The notes under the pieces are model-generated. The model saw only the letters and a list, made by a program, of their open reading frames with translations, searched no databases and was not told the origin of the DNA. A stretch of DNA of 64,000 nt from a bacterium (GTDB lineage: Bacteria; Hydrothermota; 32-111): the NCBI GenBank assembly GCA_046484245.1, contig JAWOBN010000073.1, positions 1 through 64,000 of the forward strand. The letters are read 5' to 3'. Position 1 is the stretch's first letter, and every line of letters begins with the position of its first letter. Made by a program: the position numbers and the translations under genes. Positions 21,766-32,900 of the stretch are shown one piece after another.

Positions 21766-22233
21766 ATGAAGTATTTTAAATGTTCTGTCTGCGGGTATCT
21801 GCATAGAGGGGAAGAACCGCCCGGACAATGTCCCAATTGCGGTGCTGCCCGGGAGCAATTCGCTCCTTCTGATAAACCGGATGAAAAGATACACATGTTC
21901 TACGGTGAGAAGATTGAATACGGGGATGAACCTGCTGTCAACCCGTTTTTCGGTAATTTCAAGTCATTATCGCCCTATATTTACAATCTCCCTCCCCGTA
22001 AAGGCATACCGCTGCACAAACATCCTTCAAATGATGAACTGTTTTTCATTATCAAGGGGAAGATCAAATTTACAATTGGAGACAGGGTCATTGAAGCCGG
22101 TCAGGGTGATATACTGAAAGCAGATATGGGTACAGTACACGATTTTACAAATATTACAGGTGAGGCAGCCTCATTTTTGTCAGTGAAGGGGCCCAAACCT
22201 GTCAAGACAGTGAAAATTGAAAAGGAGGAATAG
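21766..22233 (+). CDS. Rubredoxin-like + cupin fusion protein
   Basis: CSVCGY...CPNCGA...F at N-terminus; cupin H-x-H-x4-E (HKHPSNDE) and distal H (VHDF). Confidence 0.85.
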   Translation: MKYFKCSVCGYLHRGEEPPGQCPNCGAAREQFAPSDKPDEKIHMFYGEKIEYGDEPAVNPFFGNFKSLSPYIYNLPPRKGIPLHKHPSNDELFFIIKGKIKFTIGDRVIEAGQGDILKADMGTVHDFTNITGEAASFLSVKGPKPVKTVKIEKEE

Positions 22234-22234
22234 T

Positions 22235-23119
22235 ATGACAAAGAAATTGGAGATTTATAAATGCAATGTATGCGGAAATGTTGTTGAGGTGTTTACTGCA
22301 GGAGACGGAGCTCTTGTCTGCTGCGGAGAGGAGATGCAGCTTATGGAAGAAAAATTAACAGATGAGGGTGAAGAGAAACATGTGCCTTTCATAGACACAC
22401 AGTCCGGTGAAACAGTTGTGAAAGTAGGTGAGGTTGCCCATCCCATGACAGATGAGCATCACATAGAGTGGATAGAGGTCTATACAACAGATCACATGGA
22501 GAAGAAGTGTTTTCAGAGCGGTGACAAACCTGTCATAAAAATGCATTCTGATGATGAAATTGTAAAAGCGCGGTCTTACTGCAATATTCACGGTTTATGG
22601 GCAAAGGAGTCAGATGCATTGAAAATAATTGAAGTGGGAAATTATGAGAAGAATCAGCTGATTCTCATGGCACTCAAATCAGAGATTGATTCAGAGAAAA
22701 TATACAGGGGTCTTGCAGAAAGAACTGAGAATGCATTTCTCAAAACAAAGATGACATTCCTTGCTGATGAAGAGAAAAAACACAAGGAATATTTTGAGGA
22801 ATTGTTCAATGAGATGTTCCCGGAAAAGAATATTGAATTACCGGAGGATGATTTTGCGCCCGTGCCTGATATTGATCTGAATAAAGAGCAGCCTGTCAGT
22901 GAGATAATGAGGAAGGCAATGCTTGTAGAGGAAGCAGCCCATGATTTTTATATGGAATTGTCTCATGTATTTGCAGAAAGCAAGAAGCTTGCCAATATGC
23001 TCAAATTCTTCGCATCAATGGAAATGATACATTATGCCATATTGAAGAATGAAGCTGAAAATATTGAAAGAGATGAGGACTATCTTGCTGAGTGGCCGAT
23101 GATACATGTCGGACCGTAA
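22235..23119 (+). CDS. Desulfoferrodoxin (2Fe superoxide reductase) fused to a rubrerythrin/ferritin-like diiron domain
   Basis: CNVCGN..VCCG (centre I); EKHVP, HPM..EHHIEWI, CNIHG (centre II); then E..Y, EEKKH, EE..HDFY, EMIH; AGGAGG before ATG 22235. Confidence 0.88.
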   Translation: MTKKLEIYKCNVCGNVVEVFTAGDGALVCCGEEMQLMEEKLTDEGEEKHVPFIDTQSGETVVKVGEVAHPMTDEHHIEWIEVYTTDHMEKKCFQSGDKPVIKMHSDDEIVKARSYCNIHGLWAKESDALKIIEVGNYEKNQLILMALKSEIDSEKIYRGLAERTENAFLKTKMTFLADEEKKHKEYFEELFNEMFPEKNIELPEDDFAPVPDIDLNKEQPVSEIMRKAMLVEEAAHDFYMELSHVFAESKKLANMLKFFASMEMIHYAILKNEAENIERDEDYLAEWPMIHVGP

Positions 23120-23278
23120 ATATTATTGATATAGATGGGGTCTGCACAATCTCAGAGCAGTGAATACCCGGTTATGGACAGGTTTTGTGCAAAGGCACTT
23201 AGAGAACTGTTCATCTCTTGAATTATTCACTATAAGCAGCCTATTCAATTGATTTAAGTTTGAACAATGACTGCGGTC

Positions 23279-23306
23279 TTGATTTCTATCAATGGTAATA
23301 TATAAT
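23279..23306 (+). promoter_or_regulatory. Sigma70-like promoter TTGATT-N16-TATAAT (rnr-guaB)
   Basis: Direct reading. Confidence 0.65.
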
Positions 23307-23325
23307 CAATTTAAAAGGAATATCT

Positions 23326-25395
23326 ATGAACACAAAGAAATGGGAAAACACATTAAACAGGAAATTCAAAAAGCCGTTAAGCAGAAAAGAGATTGCCGGT
23401 ATATTGGGTGTCAGTCCGGATAATAAGACATTTCGTGAATATATTGAGACACTTATACTTACAGGAAAGATAATTGAGCTGAAGAACGGCAAACTCGGCT
23501 ATGCATCAAAAATGAATATGATGAGCGGTATTATTGATGTCAATCCAAAGGGATTCGGATTTGTATCACCTGATGACAGGAGTGAGGATATCTATATACC
23601 GATGCATAATATGTATACTGCAATGGACAAGGACAGGGTGCTTGTCAAGATAATACGCGATCAGGCTCACAAGAAGAGAGAGGGCAAGGTCGTGTCTGTC
23701 CTTGAAAGACATACTGACAAACTCACAGGGAAATTGATAAGGGGCAACAGATATCTCTATGTAATCCCTGATGACAAGAATATTGTTAAGAATATATTTG
23801 TTGTCAATGAACCTGACAAGGATTGGATCAATAAGCGTGTTGTGGTAAATCTGCTTCAATGGACAAGTCCCAAAAGAAATCCCGAAGGTGAGGTCACCGA
23901 ACTCCTTGAGTTTGACAATAAAACAGACCTGCACAGCAAGATGATACTTATTGAAAATGGTTTTGACGATGCATTCCCCGGTGATGTGCTGGATTATACA
24001 GGGGACATTGAATTTGATGTCAATGAGGATTTGAAGAACAGGAGAGACCTCAGGGAAAAGACAGTCATGACAATTGACCCCAAGACAGCCAAGGATTTTG
24101 ATGATGGTGTCTCTGTTGAAATGAAGGGGAATAATTACCTTATAGGTGTACATATTGCTGATGTGTCCTATTTTGTAAAGGAAAAATCCCCTGTTGACAT
24201 TGAAGCTTACAAAAGAGCCACGAGTGTCTATCTTGTTGATAAGACAGTTCCCATGCTCCCCGAAAAACTCTCCAATGATCTGTGTTCCCTCAATCCTGAA
24301 GAGGATAAATACGCCATGACCTGTATGTTTGAGATGAATAATAATGGTGATATAGTTGATTATGAAATTTTCCCTTCAGTAATAAGGAGCAAGAAACGCT
24401 TTGATTACGAAGAGGCGCAGGATGTTATTGATTCAAAGACCTCCTCTCCATTCAGACAAGACCTTGTCCTGCTTAATGATGCTGCCTCAATACTGAGGAA
24501 GAAATACAAGGCTCAGGGCAAGATTGACTTTGATAAACCTGAAGCGGAAATTATTCTAAATGAGAATAAAGAACCGGTGGATATTCATCAGAAGAAACGG
24601 CTGGATACCCACAAATTGGTTGAGGACTTCATGGTCACTGCAAACAGCATTGTAGCCCGCCATATCAGTGAGTCAAAAACACAGTCAATATACAGGACGC
24701 ATGAAGTGCCTGATGAGGAAAAACTCAATGCCATGACGAATATAGTCAGCAAGTTCGGTTATAAACTGAAGAAACCCACACCTGCAAATATACAGGCAAT
24801 GCTGGAGAAATCAAATAATTCAACAAATGAATTTCTTATAAAAGAGACTGTGCTCAAATCAATGAAAAGGGCGAAATATTCAATAGACAATCCGGGGCAT
24901 TACGGTCTGGGACTCCGCTTCTATACTCACTTCACATCCCCCATAAGGAGATATCCGGATCTGATTATTCACAGGATACTGAGGTCATTGGACAGGGGCG
25001 GGAAATCTTCTGCAGGCAATCTGGAACTGACTGCAAAGCATTCGTCTGAGCGTGAATGGGCTGCGGAAAAAGCGGAGAATGATTCAGTTGATATTGCTAA
25101 AATGACTTTTATTGCAGAGAATGTCCAAAAGACATATGACGGCATAATAGCATCAGTGACATCATTCGGTATATTTATCCGTCTTAGTGATATAATGACT
25201 GACGGCCTGGTGAGATTCCGCGATCTTGATGATGATTATTATAAGATAGAAGAAGACGGGTTCTCTGCAGAGGGTGTTCATACAGGCAAGAAGATAACAG
25301 TCGGTGATAATGTGACTGTATCAGTAAAGAGTATTGATCCTGAGAAGATGAAACTTGATCTGGCTATTGTAGATTATGACAAAAGGCAGCAATAA
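23326..25395 (+). CDS. rnr: Ribonuclease R
   Basis: KGFGFV cold-shock domain, TIDPKTAKDFDDG, HIADVS, RATSVYL, HFTSPIRRYPDL, S1 domain. Confidence 0.97.
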   Translation: MNTKKWENTLNRKFKKPLSRKEIAGILGVSPDNKTFREYIETLILTGKIIELKNGKLGYASKMNMMSGIIDVNPKGFGFVSPDDRSEDIYIPMHNMYTAMDKDRVLVKIIRDQAHKKREGKVVSVLERHTDKLTGKLIRGNRYLYVIPDDKNIVKNIFVVNEPDKDWINKRVVVNLLQWTSPKRNPEGEVTELLEFDNKTDLHSKMILIENGFDDAFPGDVLDYTGDIEFDVNEDLKNRRDLREKTVMTIDPKTAKDFDDGVSVEMKGNNYLIGVHIADVSYFVKEKSPVDIEAYKRATSVYLVDKTVPMLPEKLSNDLCSLNPEEDKYAMTCMFEMNNNGDIVDYEIFPSVIRSKKRFDYEEAQDVIDSKTSSPFRQDLVLLNDAASILRKKYKAQGKIDFDKPEAEIILNENKEPVDIHQKKRLDTHKLVEDFMVTANSIVARHISESKTQSIYRTHEVPDEEKLNAMTNIVSKFGYKLKKPTPANIQAMLEKSNNSTNEFLIKETVLKSMKRAKYSIDNPGHYGLGLRFYTHFTSPIRRYPDLIIHRILRSLDRGGKSSAGNLELTAKHSSEREWAAEKAENDSVDIAKMTFIAENVQKTYDGIIASVTSFGIFIRLSDIMTDGLVRFRDLDDDYYKIEEDGFSAEGVHTGKKITVGDNVTVSVKSIDPEKMKLDLAIVDYDKRQQ

Positions 25396-25405
25396 TGGAG
25401 GAATT

Positions 25406-26860
25406 ATGAAAGAGGGTTTGACATTTGATGATGTGCTTTTAATACCGGGACGGTCATCCGTATTGCCTTCCGATGTAAGTCTGAAGACATCATTTACCCG
25501 GAATATCAAGCTCAATATACCTGTTGTATCAGCTGCCATGGATACTGTGACTGACCATAATATGGCCATATCAATAGCCAAAGAGGGCGGCATAGGTGTG
25601 GTTCACAAGAATATGTCTATTGAAAGGCAGGCTGAGGAGATCAAAAAGGTGAAGAGGTATGAATCAGGCATGATCACCAATCCTCTGACAGTCCGTCCTG
25701 ATCACAGTCTGGCTCATGCAAAGGGAATAATGAAGGAATACCATATATCCGGTCTTCCTGTTGTGGACAGTGATAATGTTCTTGTGGGCATACTGACAAG
25801 AAGAGACCTTCAGCTGGAGGATCAGCTCAACAGGAAGGTCAAAGAGCGGATGACAACAGAGAAGCTCATAACAGCAGGGGAAGGAACAGGTATTGATGAA
25901 GCGAAGAATATTCTGAAGAAATACAAAGTGGAGAAACTGCCTATAGTTGATAAAGACGGCAGGCTCCTGGGCCTTATCACAATCAGGGATATTCTCAATG
26001 AAATAGAATTCCCATTTGCCTGCAAGGATTCAATGAGCAGGCTTATGGTGGCGGCAGCAGTAGGCCCCGGCAGTGATTCACTTCAGAGAGCTGATGCACT
26101 TGTGTCTTCAGGAGTTGACTGTCTTGTGATTGATACTGCCCACGGGCATTCTGAGAATGTGATGAAGACCATATCAACGATACGAAAGAAATACAGTGAT
26201 ATTGATATTGTTGCCGGCAATATAGCCACTGCAGAAGCTGCCAGGGATTTGATAGAACTGGGAGTGGATGGGCTGAAGGTGGGTATCGGGCCGGGATCAA
26301 TCTGTACAACCAGGGTTATAGCAGGCATAGGCGTGCCGCAGCTGACAGCCATACTGGATGTTGTTGACGAAACCGGAGGTGATGTCCCGGTGATTGCAGA
26401 CGGCGGGATAAAATATTCCGGTGATGCTGTAAAGGCGCTTGCAGCAGGTGCAGACAGTGTCATGATAGGATCACTCTTGGCAGGAACAGATGAAGCTCCA
26501 GGAGAGACGGTGCTCATGGACGGAAGAAAATACAAGGTTTACAGGGGTATGGGCTCCATTGATGCCATGCGGGACGGTTCATCAGACAGATATTTTCAGA
26601 ATGACACAAGCAAACTTGTCCCTGAGGGTATTGTGGGAAGAGTCCCTTATAATGGCCGTGTATCGGAGATTGTCTTTCAGCTGACAGGCGGGATCAGATC
26701 AGGTATGGGATACTGCGGTGCAGGAGATATTGCCGGTCTGCAGAAAATGAGGAAATTTGTGAGAATCTCAGGCGCGGGATTAAAGGAATCACATCCGCAT
26801 GATGTTATCATATCCAAGGAATCACCCAATTACGAACCGCCTGAGAGAAACAGGAGCTGA
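25406..26860 (+). CDS. guaB: IMP dehydrogenase
   Basis: [20 protein letters not shown] pair, [28 protein letters not shown] before ATG 25406. Confidence 0.99.
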   Translation: MKEGLTFDDVLLIPGRSSVLPSDVSLKTSFTRNIKLNIPVVSAAMDTVTDHNMAISIAKEGGIGVVHKNMSIERQAEEIKKVKRYESGMITNPLTVRPDHSLAHAKGIMKEYHISGLPVVDSDNVLVGILTRRDLQLEDQLNRKVKERMTTEKLITAGEGTGIDEAKNILKKYKVEKLPIVDKDGRLLGLITIRDILNEIEFPFACKDSMSRLMVAAAVGPGSDSLQRADALVSSGVDCLVIDTAHGHSENVMKTISTIRKKYSDIDIVAGNIATAEAARDLIELGVDGLKVGIGPGSICTTRVIAGIGVPQLTAILDVVDETGGDVPVIADGGIKYSGDAVKALAAGADSVMIGSLLAGTDEAPGETVLMDGRKYKVYRGMGSIDAMRDGSSDRYFQNDTSKLVPEGIVGRVPYNGRVSEIVFQLTGGIRSGMGYCGAGDIAGLQKMRKFVRISGAGLKESHPHDVIISKESPNYEPPERNRS

Positions 26861-26862
26861 GT

Positions 26863-27069
26863 ATGATAGACGGTGATATGTATGTTGAAGATATTGTCAG
26901 CAATTATCCGGATGCTGTCAAATTCCTCATGGAGAGGGATGTCATATGCATCAAATGCGGGGCACCTGTATGGGGGACTCTCAATGAACTGCTTGCAGAA
27001 CAGAATATTGAAAACCCCGATTCATTTATCCGGGAAATGAATGATCATATCCTGCATAAAGATGATTAA
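26863..27069 (+). CDS. DUF1858-like small protein
   Basis: IDGDMYVEDIVSNYPDAVKFL...CIKCG...TL. Confidence 0.75.
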   Translation: MIDGDMYVEDIVSNYPDAVKFLMERDVICIKCGAPVWGTLNELLAEQNIENPDSFIREMNDHILHKDD

Positions 27070-27421
27070 GATAATTGTTGTTGAAAAACTCACGGATAAG
27101 ACAATTCTCCAGACAACAGTCTGCCCGGAACAGTATAACAGTATAATTGAAAGATACACGGAAATATTCCCCGGCAAATACTATGAAATAATCATTGCAA
27201 AGCATGAGGAGCATCTCAATGAGGAGGGGGACTCTACAGATATAAAAAGAATTATTTCACGCATCCTCAAACCCCTGTGGTTTTTTGTTATTCCTCTCTT
27301 GAATATTGTCCTTATATATATTCTGGTGCACAGTGCTGATGTATTTTCAATCTCACTCATTATAATACTCACAGTCATAATGATAATGGGCGGTATCCTC
27401 ATTGTAAGGAGCGGGGATTGA
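27062..27421 (+). CDS. Hypothetical membrane protein with two C-terminal TM helices
   Basis: Overlaps both neighbouring genes; hydrophobic C-terminal half. Confidence 0.55.
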   Translation: MIKIIVVEKLTDKTILQTTVCPEQYNSIIERYTEIFPGKYYEIIIAKHEEHLNEEGDSTDIKRIISRILKPLWFFVIPLLNIVLIYILVHSADVFSISLIIILTVIMIMGGILIVRSGD

Positions 27422-28521
27422 ATATTCTCATTATCAACTGGAGGGATATCTATAATCCCCTCTATGGCGGTGCAGAGATACATATAACGAAAATAGCCGA
27501 TTATCTGAAAAAGTCCGGCAATGTATTCTTTCTCACCTCTCATTACAGCGGAGCACCGTATTCTGAAAAACGCAATGGTATCAATTATATCAGAATGGGC
27601 AATGAATATCTCTTCAATTACTCGGTATATATGCATTTGAAAAAAATTATCAGATATTACGGTATTGATTTTGTTATTGAGGATATAAATAAAATACCCT
27701 TCTACACTCCGCTTCTCACATCAAAACCGCAGCTTACTGTTGTGCCCCATATATTCGGGGAATCCATTTTTGAACAGACAAATTCCTTATTTGCATCCTA
27801 TGTCTATCTGGCGGAAAAGCCCATACCTTATGTGTATAAGGACAAGCAGTTTGAGGTAATATCCCGGTCAACAATGAATGATCTTACAGGCAGGGGCATC
27901 CAGAGGGATAATATCACTGTTATTGAATGCGGTATTGACCGGACATATGCATATATGCGCAGGATAAGGAAGTCGGATAAACCGCTCATTGTATATGTGG
28001 GAAGATTGAAGAAGTATAAATCCGTACAGCATATAATCAGGGCAATGGAGCATATCAAGATGGAATTGCCGAGGTCAAAACTCATTATCGCAGGCAAGGG
28101 TGATTATGAGAGTGAATTAATTTATTTGACACAAAAGCTTGGTCTTGAAAAACATGTTGAATTTGCCGGGTATATTTCAGAGGAGAAGAAGTGGCAATTG
28201 CTTAGACAGGCCTGGGTCAGTGTGTATCCGTCATTGATAGAGGGGTGGGGTATTGTCAATATTGAAGCCAATCTTATGAAAACACCTGTTGTCTGTTCCG
28301 ATGTAGAGGGTCTCAGGGATTCTGTCAAAAACAATTATTCCGGTATGCTCTATGAATACGGCAATATCGGAGATCTCAGCAGCTCTATACTTGCACTATT
28401 GAAGAATGAGGGATTAAGGGCTCAGTATGAGAACAATGCCCTTGAATGGGCGGAAAATTTCACATGGGAAAATACAGGGAAGCGGACAGAGATACTGATA
28501 AACAGTATTGCCGGATATTGA
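27418..28521 (+). CDS. Glycosyltransferase family 4
   Basis: NWRDIYNP..GGAE, YVGRLKKYK, EGWGIVNIEA, TPVV. Confidence 0.93.
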   Translation: MNILIINWRDIYNPLYGGAEIHITKIADYLKKSGNVFFLTSHYSGAPYSEKRNGINYIRMGNEYLFNYSVYMHLKKIIRYYGIDFVIEDINKIPFYTPLLTSKPQLTVVPHIFGESIFEQTNSLFASYVYLAEKPIPYVYKDKQFEVISRSTMNDLTGRGIQRDNITVIECGIDRTYAYMRRIRKSDKPLIVYVGRLKKYKSVQHIIRAMEHIKMELPRSKLIIAGKGDYESELIYLTQKLGLEKHVEFAGYISEEKKWQLLRQAWVSVYPSLIEGWGIVNIEANLMKTPVVCSDVEGLRDSVKNNYSGMLYEYGNIGDLSSSILALLKNEGLRAQYENNALEWAENFTWENTGKRTEILINSIAGY

Positions 28522-28545
28522 CATTGATGTTATTCGCATTATAAT
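28518..28545 (+). promoter_or_regulatory. Consensus promoter TTGACA-N16-TATAAT, 6 nt before ATG (leaderless)
   Basis: Both hexamers perfect; no Shine-Dalgarno before ATG 28552. Confidence 0.8.
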
Positions 28546-28551
28546 TGTTCT

Positions 28552-29940
28552 ATGAAGAAAATATTTGCAATAAGCGGAATATTTGTGTATGTATTCTTGA
28601 TTGCACAGTGGACCGGGCCATTCCGTATAGGAGGCTATGCGTCTTCATTTTTCCCGCCTGTTATGCTTAATTCATTTGTTTCCGACAATAATGGCAACAG
28701 CTACCTTGTCTGGCATGATAATTCTGCGGATTTCTATTTTAATATATCAATGAAAGAGTATGACGGCAGTGCTTGGCAGCCGGGCCAGCGCATTGATGAT
28801 CCGCTCAATGGACAGGGTGATTACGGGCTCTCTTGGATGCCCTCCATTTCCGTTTCGCCTGACGGCAAATACCTCATAGCATGGGAGGATTACAGGACAG
28901 GCAATTTTGAAATACACTCCAAGTACTATAATGGTTTGGATATACCTTCGCAGATACAGGTCACAAGCGACTCATCATATTGCTGGTATCCCAAACTGCT
29001 CTATGGAGCAGGTGCTCATCATCTTTTCTATATCAGCAATAAGACAGGGTATTTCAATATCTATCATTCAATTTTTGATTCCTCCTGGCAGACAGCAAAG
29101 CGTATTACTGATATGAATTTCAATATTCTGGATTTTCATTATACCGTCAATGCGGATTCGTCCATTGATCTGGTTTTTACAGTTCAGAACGGGAATTATG
29201 CCAATCTCTATGGAGTATCCTATGACGGCAGTGTATGGGGCAATGCAGTGCCTCTTATTGAAGAGGACTACAATATATATAATCCTGTGATACTCACCGG
29301 TGACACAATGAGTATTATCATATTCAAATCAGAGGAAGAGGGTATAAGCAGGATAATGGGCATGAAGAATAATGGCTTGACTCCCGGCAATCCTGTTCCC
29401 CTGTCCGATAATTACTCCAATGCAATGTATCCTTCAGGATTTACTGCAGACAGCACTGTCTATCTCTATTATGTGTCTGATGAGAGTCCCACAGGTATAT
29501 TTAAAGAGAGACAGTTTAAAGTGTCGGATATGAGCATGATAAGTGATACAGATCTTCTCAAGGAAAAGGGAGGAGAGATTTACTATCCCCAGTCAACAAT
29601 CAATTCTTCCGGTGATATTGTCATTGCCTTTATGTGTGCAGATACAATACACTCTACAACACCCAATACTGTGTACTATATGAAGTACAGCAATGCCAAG
29701 AAGAGTAAAACAACTCAAAAGCCCTATGTTTACAATGAAAGGTCAGGCAAACTGATTTTTGACAATGATGATATGTACAATATACGGATTATTTCCAAGA
29801 CAGGAAGAATCATTATGGAACAATCCGGTATAACGGAAATATTTGAATTAAAAAAATATGGTATCAACAGGGATATTTATTTTATGATAATATCAGACAA
29901 TAAAAACCGATTCACTGAGAAAATACTATGGTTAGATTGA
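28552..29940 (+). CDS. Secreted beta-propeller-like protein with divergent T9SS-type C-terminal sorting domain
   Basis: Signal peptide; repeated YDGS.W and P...W.D/N..IY blades; C-terminal IISKTGRII...IYFM...TEKILWLD. Confidence 0.7.
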   Translation: MKKIFAISGIFVYVFLIAQWTGPFRIGGYASSFFPPVMLNSFVSDNNGNSYLVWHDNSADFYFNISMKEYDGSAWQPGQRIDDPLNGQGDYGLSWMPSISVSPDGKYLIAWEDYRTGNFEIHSKYYNGLDIPSQIQVTSDSSYCWYPKLLYGAGAHHLFYISNKTGYFNIYHSIFDSSWQTAKRITDMNFNILDFHYTVNADSSIDLVFTVQNGNYANLYGVSYDGSVWGNAVPLIEEDYNIYNPVILTGDTMSIIIFKSEEEGISRIMGMKNNGLTPGNPVPLSDNYSNAMYPSGFTADSTVYLYYVSDESPTGIFKERQFKVSDMSMISDTDLLKEKGGEIYYPQSTINSSGDIVIAFMCADTIHSTTPNTVYYMKYSNAKKSKTTQKPYVYNERSGKLIFDNDDMYNIRIISKTGRIIMEQSGITEIFELKKYGINRDIYFMIISDNKNRFTEKILWLD

Positions 29941-32900
29941 TCAAGATATTCATACTGATATTGATTATATTCACAAGTATTTGGCTTTTGGGTGATTTCC
30001 GGCTCTCTGATGAAGACGGCAGTATGACTGTTGTCTATACACCGGGGCCTGATTCATCGGGAACAGGCATATTGCTGCCGCCCGGTGATGATTATTCAAT
30101 TGATGTTAATCCGCAGTATCTCTATAGCAGTATCTCAGGGCGTGACATATGGTTTCAGGATTATCATATACTGATGCTCCCTGCCTTGAATGAGAGGTAT
30201 CAGGTTACTGTCAGGTACACAAAGGCATTACCTCAAGGGAGAATCATAAAACCGCACAATGAAATAGCAAGGGGCCTTGAACATGCTGTTCTTAACAAGG
30301 GGCATATAGATAAATTCATTGAGGGCAGGAAGCCTGTCCCGGTCAATAATGCCAAGTCATCCGGGGAACCCATTGTTAAATTCACTGTGGATTCCACAGG
30401 ATACTACAGGATATTCTATTCACAGATTCAAACCCATTCTCCCATTGACCTGCAGACAATTGACCCGGATCTGATTCAGTTGTTCTGCAATGGGAATGAA
30501 ATAGCAATCAATATAACCGGTGACAGCGACTCTGTATTCGGTCCGGGAGATTATATTGAATTTGCAGGTCACAGAAAGTACGGGGAAAACACATATTATG
30601 ACAGGTACAATTTCAACAGGAATATCTACATACTTCATATAAACGGCAATACAGGGGCAAGGTATATTATTGATAATCAGGCAGTACCGGACAGTCTGGT
30701 AAAGGATACAGTAGAGACAGCTATGAAAACACTGCATATTGAAAAGGACAGTATGTTCTACAGATTGACGACATCAGACGCAGATACCAATGATTTCTGG
30801 TATGACAGTTATATTGTTGACCCGCAGGATTATGAGTTTAATGTCTATTTGAAAGACAGGTCACAGTTATCGGACATTATTTCCTTCAGCACCCGGCTGC
30901 ACGGTGTATCCCATCTCGGCATCAATCCGGATCATCCGACGGATATTTATATAAATAACTCCCTGATTGCTTCAGTAAACTGGAATGATCAGACACCCTA
31001 TCTGTATGAGAATGATTCAGTATCAGTATCATCCCCAACACTCACTGTGCGCCTGCAGGCAAACAGTGTCCCGGGAGATACATCAACAGGTGACTCAACC
31101 CTTTTCAATGCAATTCTCTTTGACTGGGCGGAGATATCCTATCTCTCTGAACTGAGGGCTGAAAACGGCAGATGCATATTCTCCCCTGACAAGGAATACG
31201 GATACGGTTATTTCCAGTTCAATATAGGGGGATTCTCATCAGGTGATATTGTTATTGTAAAGAATAATATGACGATTATAACAGATTATACTGTCTCCTA
31301 TGATTCACTGAACAATTCCTATACAGTATTATTCAAAGACAGGGTCATGAGCCCCGGTATTGAGTATTTTGTCTATGAAAATCCGTCAGTGGACACGCCC
31401 CTAAAAATAGAGAGTGTGATTGATTCCAATCTCGCAAATGCAGGCAATAGAGGCAATACTGTTATTATTGTACCTCAGGGTCTCAAGAGTGAAATGAATG
31501 GTATTGACCAGTTGATTGACGGGGATGTCTATATTGCAGGCACCCAGGAGATATACAATGAATTCTCACACGGTTTTGTATCCCCTGACGGTATCAGGGA
31601 TTTCCTGAGAACTGCATATTATAACTGGGAGATACCCCCGATGTTTGTACTGCTTGCAGGTGATGGTTCAAGGGACTGCAATAATCACAAGGAGATGAGA
31701 GAGCATTATATTCCCAATACCTATGTGTATGGCCTGACCGATTTCGGATATGCGCCTTCGGATAATTATTATGCAAGAATAGTGGGGGATGATGTAATTG
31801 AAGATATAGGTGTGTCAAGATTTCCTGCAAGAAACAGTAATGACATAGAAACACTCAAAGCCAAGATAGTCAATTACTCTGATTCAAGGAATCAGGGGAC
31901 ACATTTTCTGCGCAGCATTATTGCCTATGATACTGTTGATTACATAAGATCCGAATATGATTCCAGAGAACTGGCTGAAATGCTGCCCCATTACCTGTAT
32001 CGTGAATACATGCATACATTCCAGGACTGGAGCACTGATTTTCTCTATGAACTGGATCAGGGCGCCTCTATTGTCAATGTGATGTCTCACGGTGCTGCCC
32101 AGATGATAGGTTACGGTATGTTCTTAAGGAAATATGATGTTCTGCGATTGAAGAATATCAACAGAATGCCTTTTTTCACAGTTTATTCATGCAATACAGC
32201 TGAATATGATTATATTGACCCGGATTCACTGTCAATAGGAGAAGCTTATATGCTTGCTCCCCATGGGGGTGCAATAGGGTATTACGGTTCTTCCGGCACT
32301 TCAGAAGCAGGCAGGAATGCAGTATTGTCAAAGTCCGTTTTCAAGCAGTTCACCCAGAGGGATATATTCAATATGAGCAATATTGTGCGCCTCGGTGAAC
32401 TGGATTACTTCTTCAAATCAAATCAGGATCCCAATGATCCTCATAATTACAGGTCCAGGGATATTATCAATTATAATCTTTTCGGAATGGGATTCATGGA
32501 TTTGAGGATTCCACCGATGTCATCTTCTCAACTCCAGATGTCATCCTATGAATTGTCTCCCGGTGACACACTGACTGTTCAGTACAGTGATTCTGCTGTA
32601 TATCACGGCAATATGGAATCAATTATAATCAATTCGGATGATTATCCTGTTGTGAAGAATCATGCGGGGATAATCAATGGTACTGGTGAAAACTCCATGA
32701 TCATACCTGATTCTGTGGAGACAGGCAATCTCCGGCTCTTTACAATTGCATATAATCCCGATACAGCCATTATGTATGAATCCTATCCCTCAATCGGCAA
32801 TATCGGCATTAAGCTTTTCGGACTTACACCGGAAAGCCCTGATACAAATGAATTATTCAGGGTCTTTGCCCGTGTCAATGATACAGTTATGCTTCAGTCA

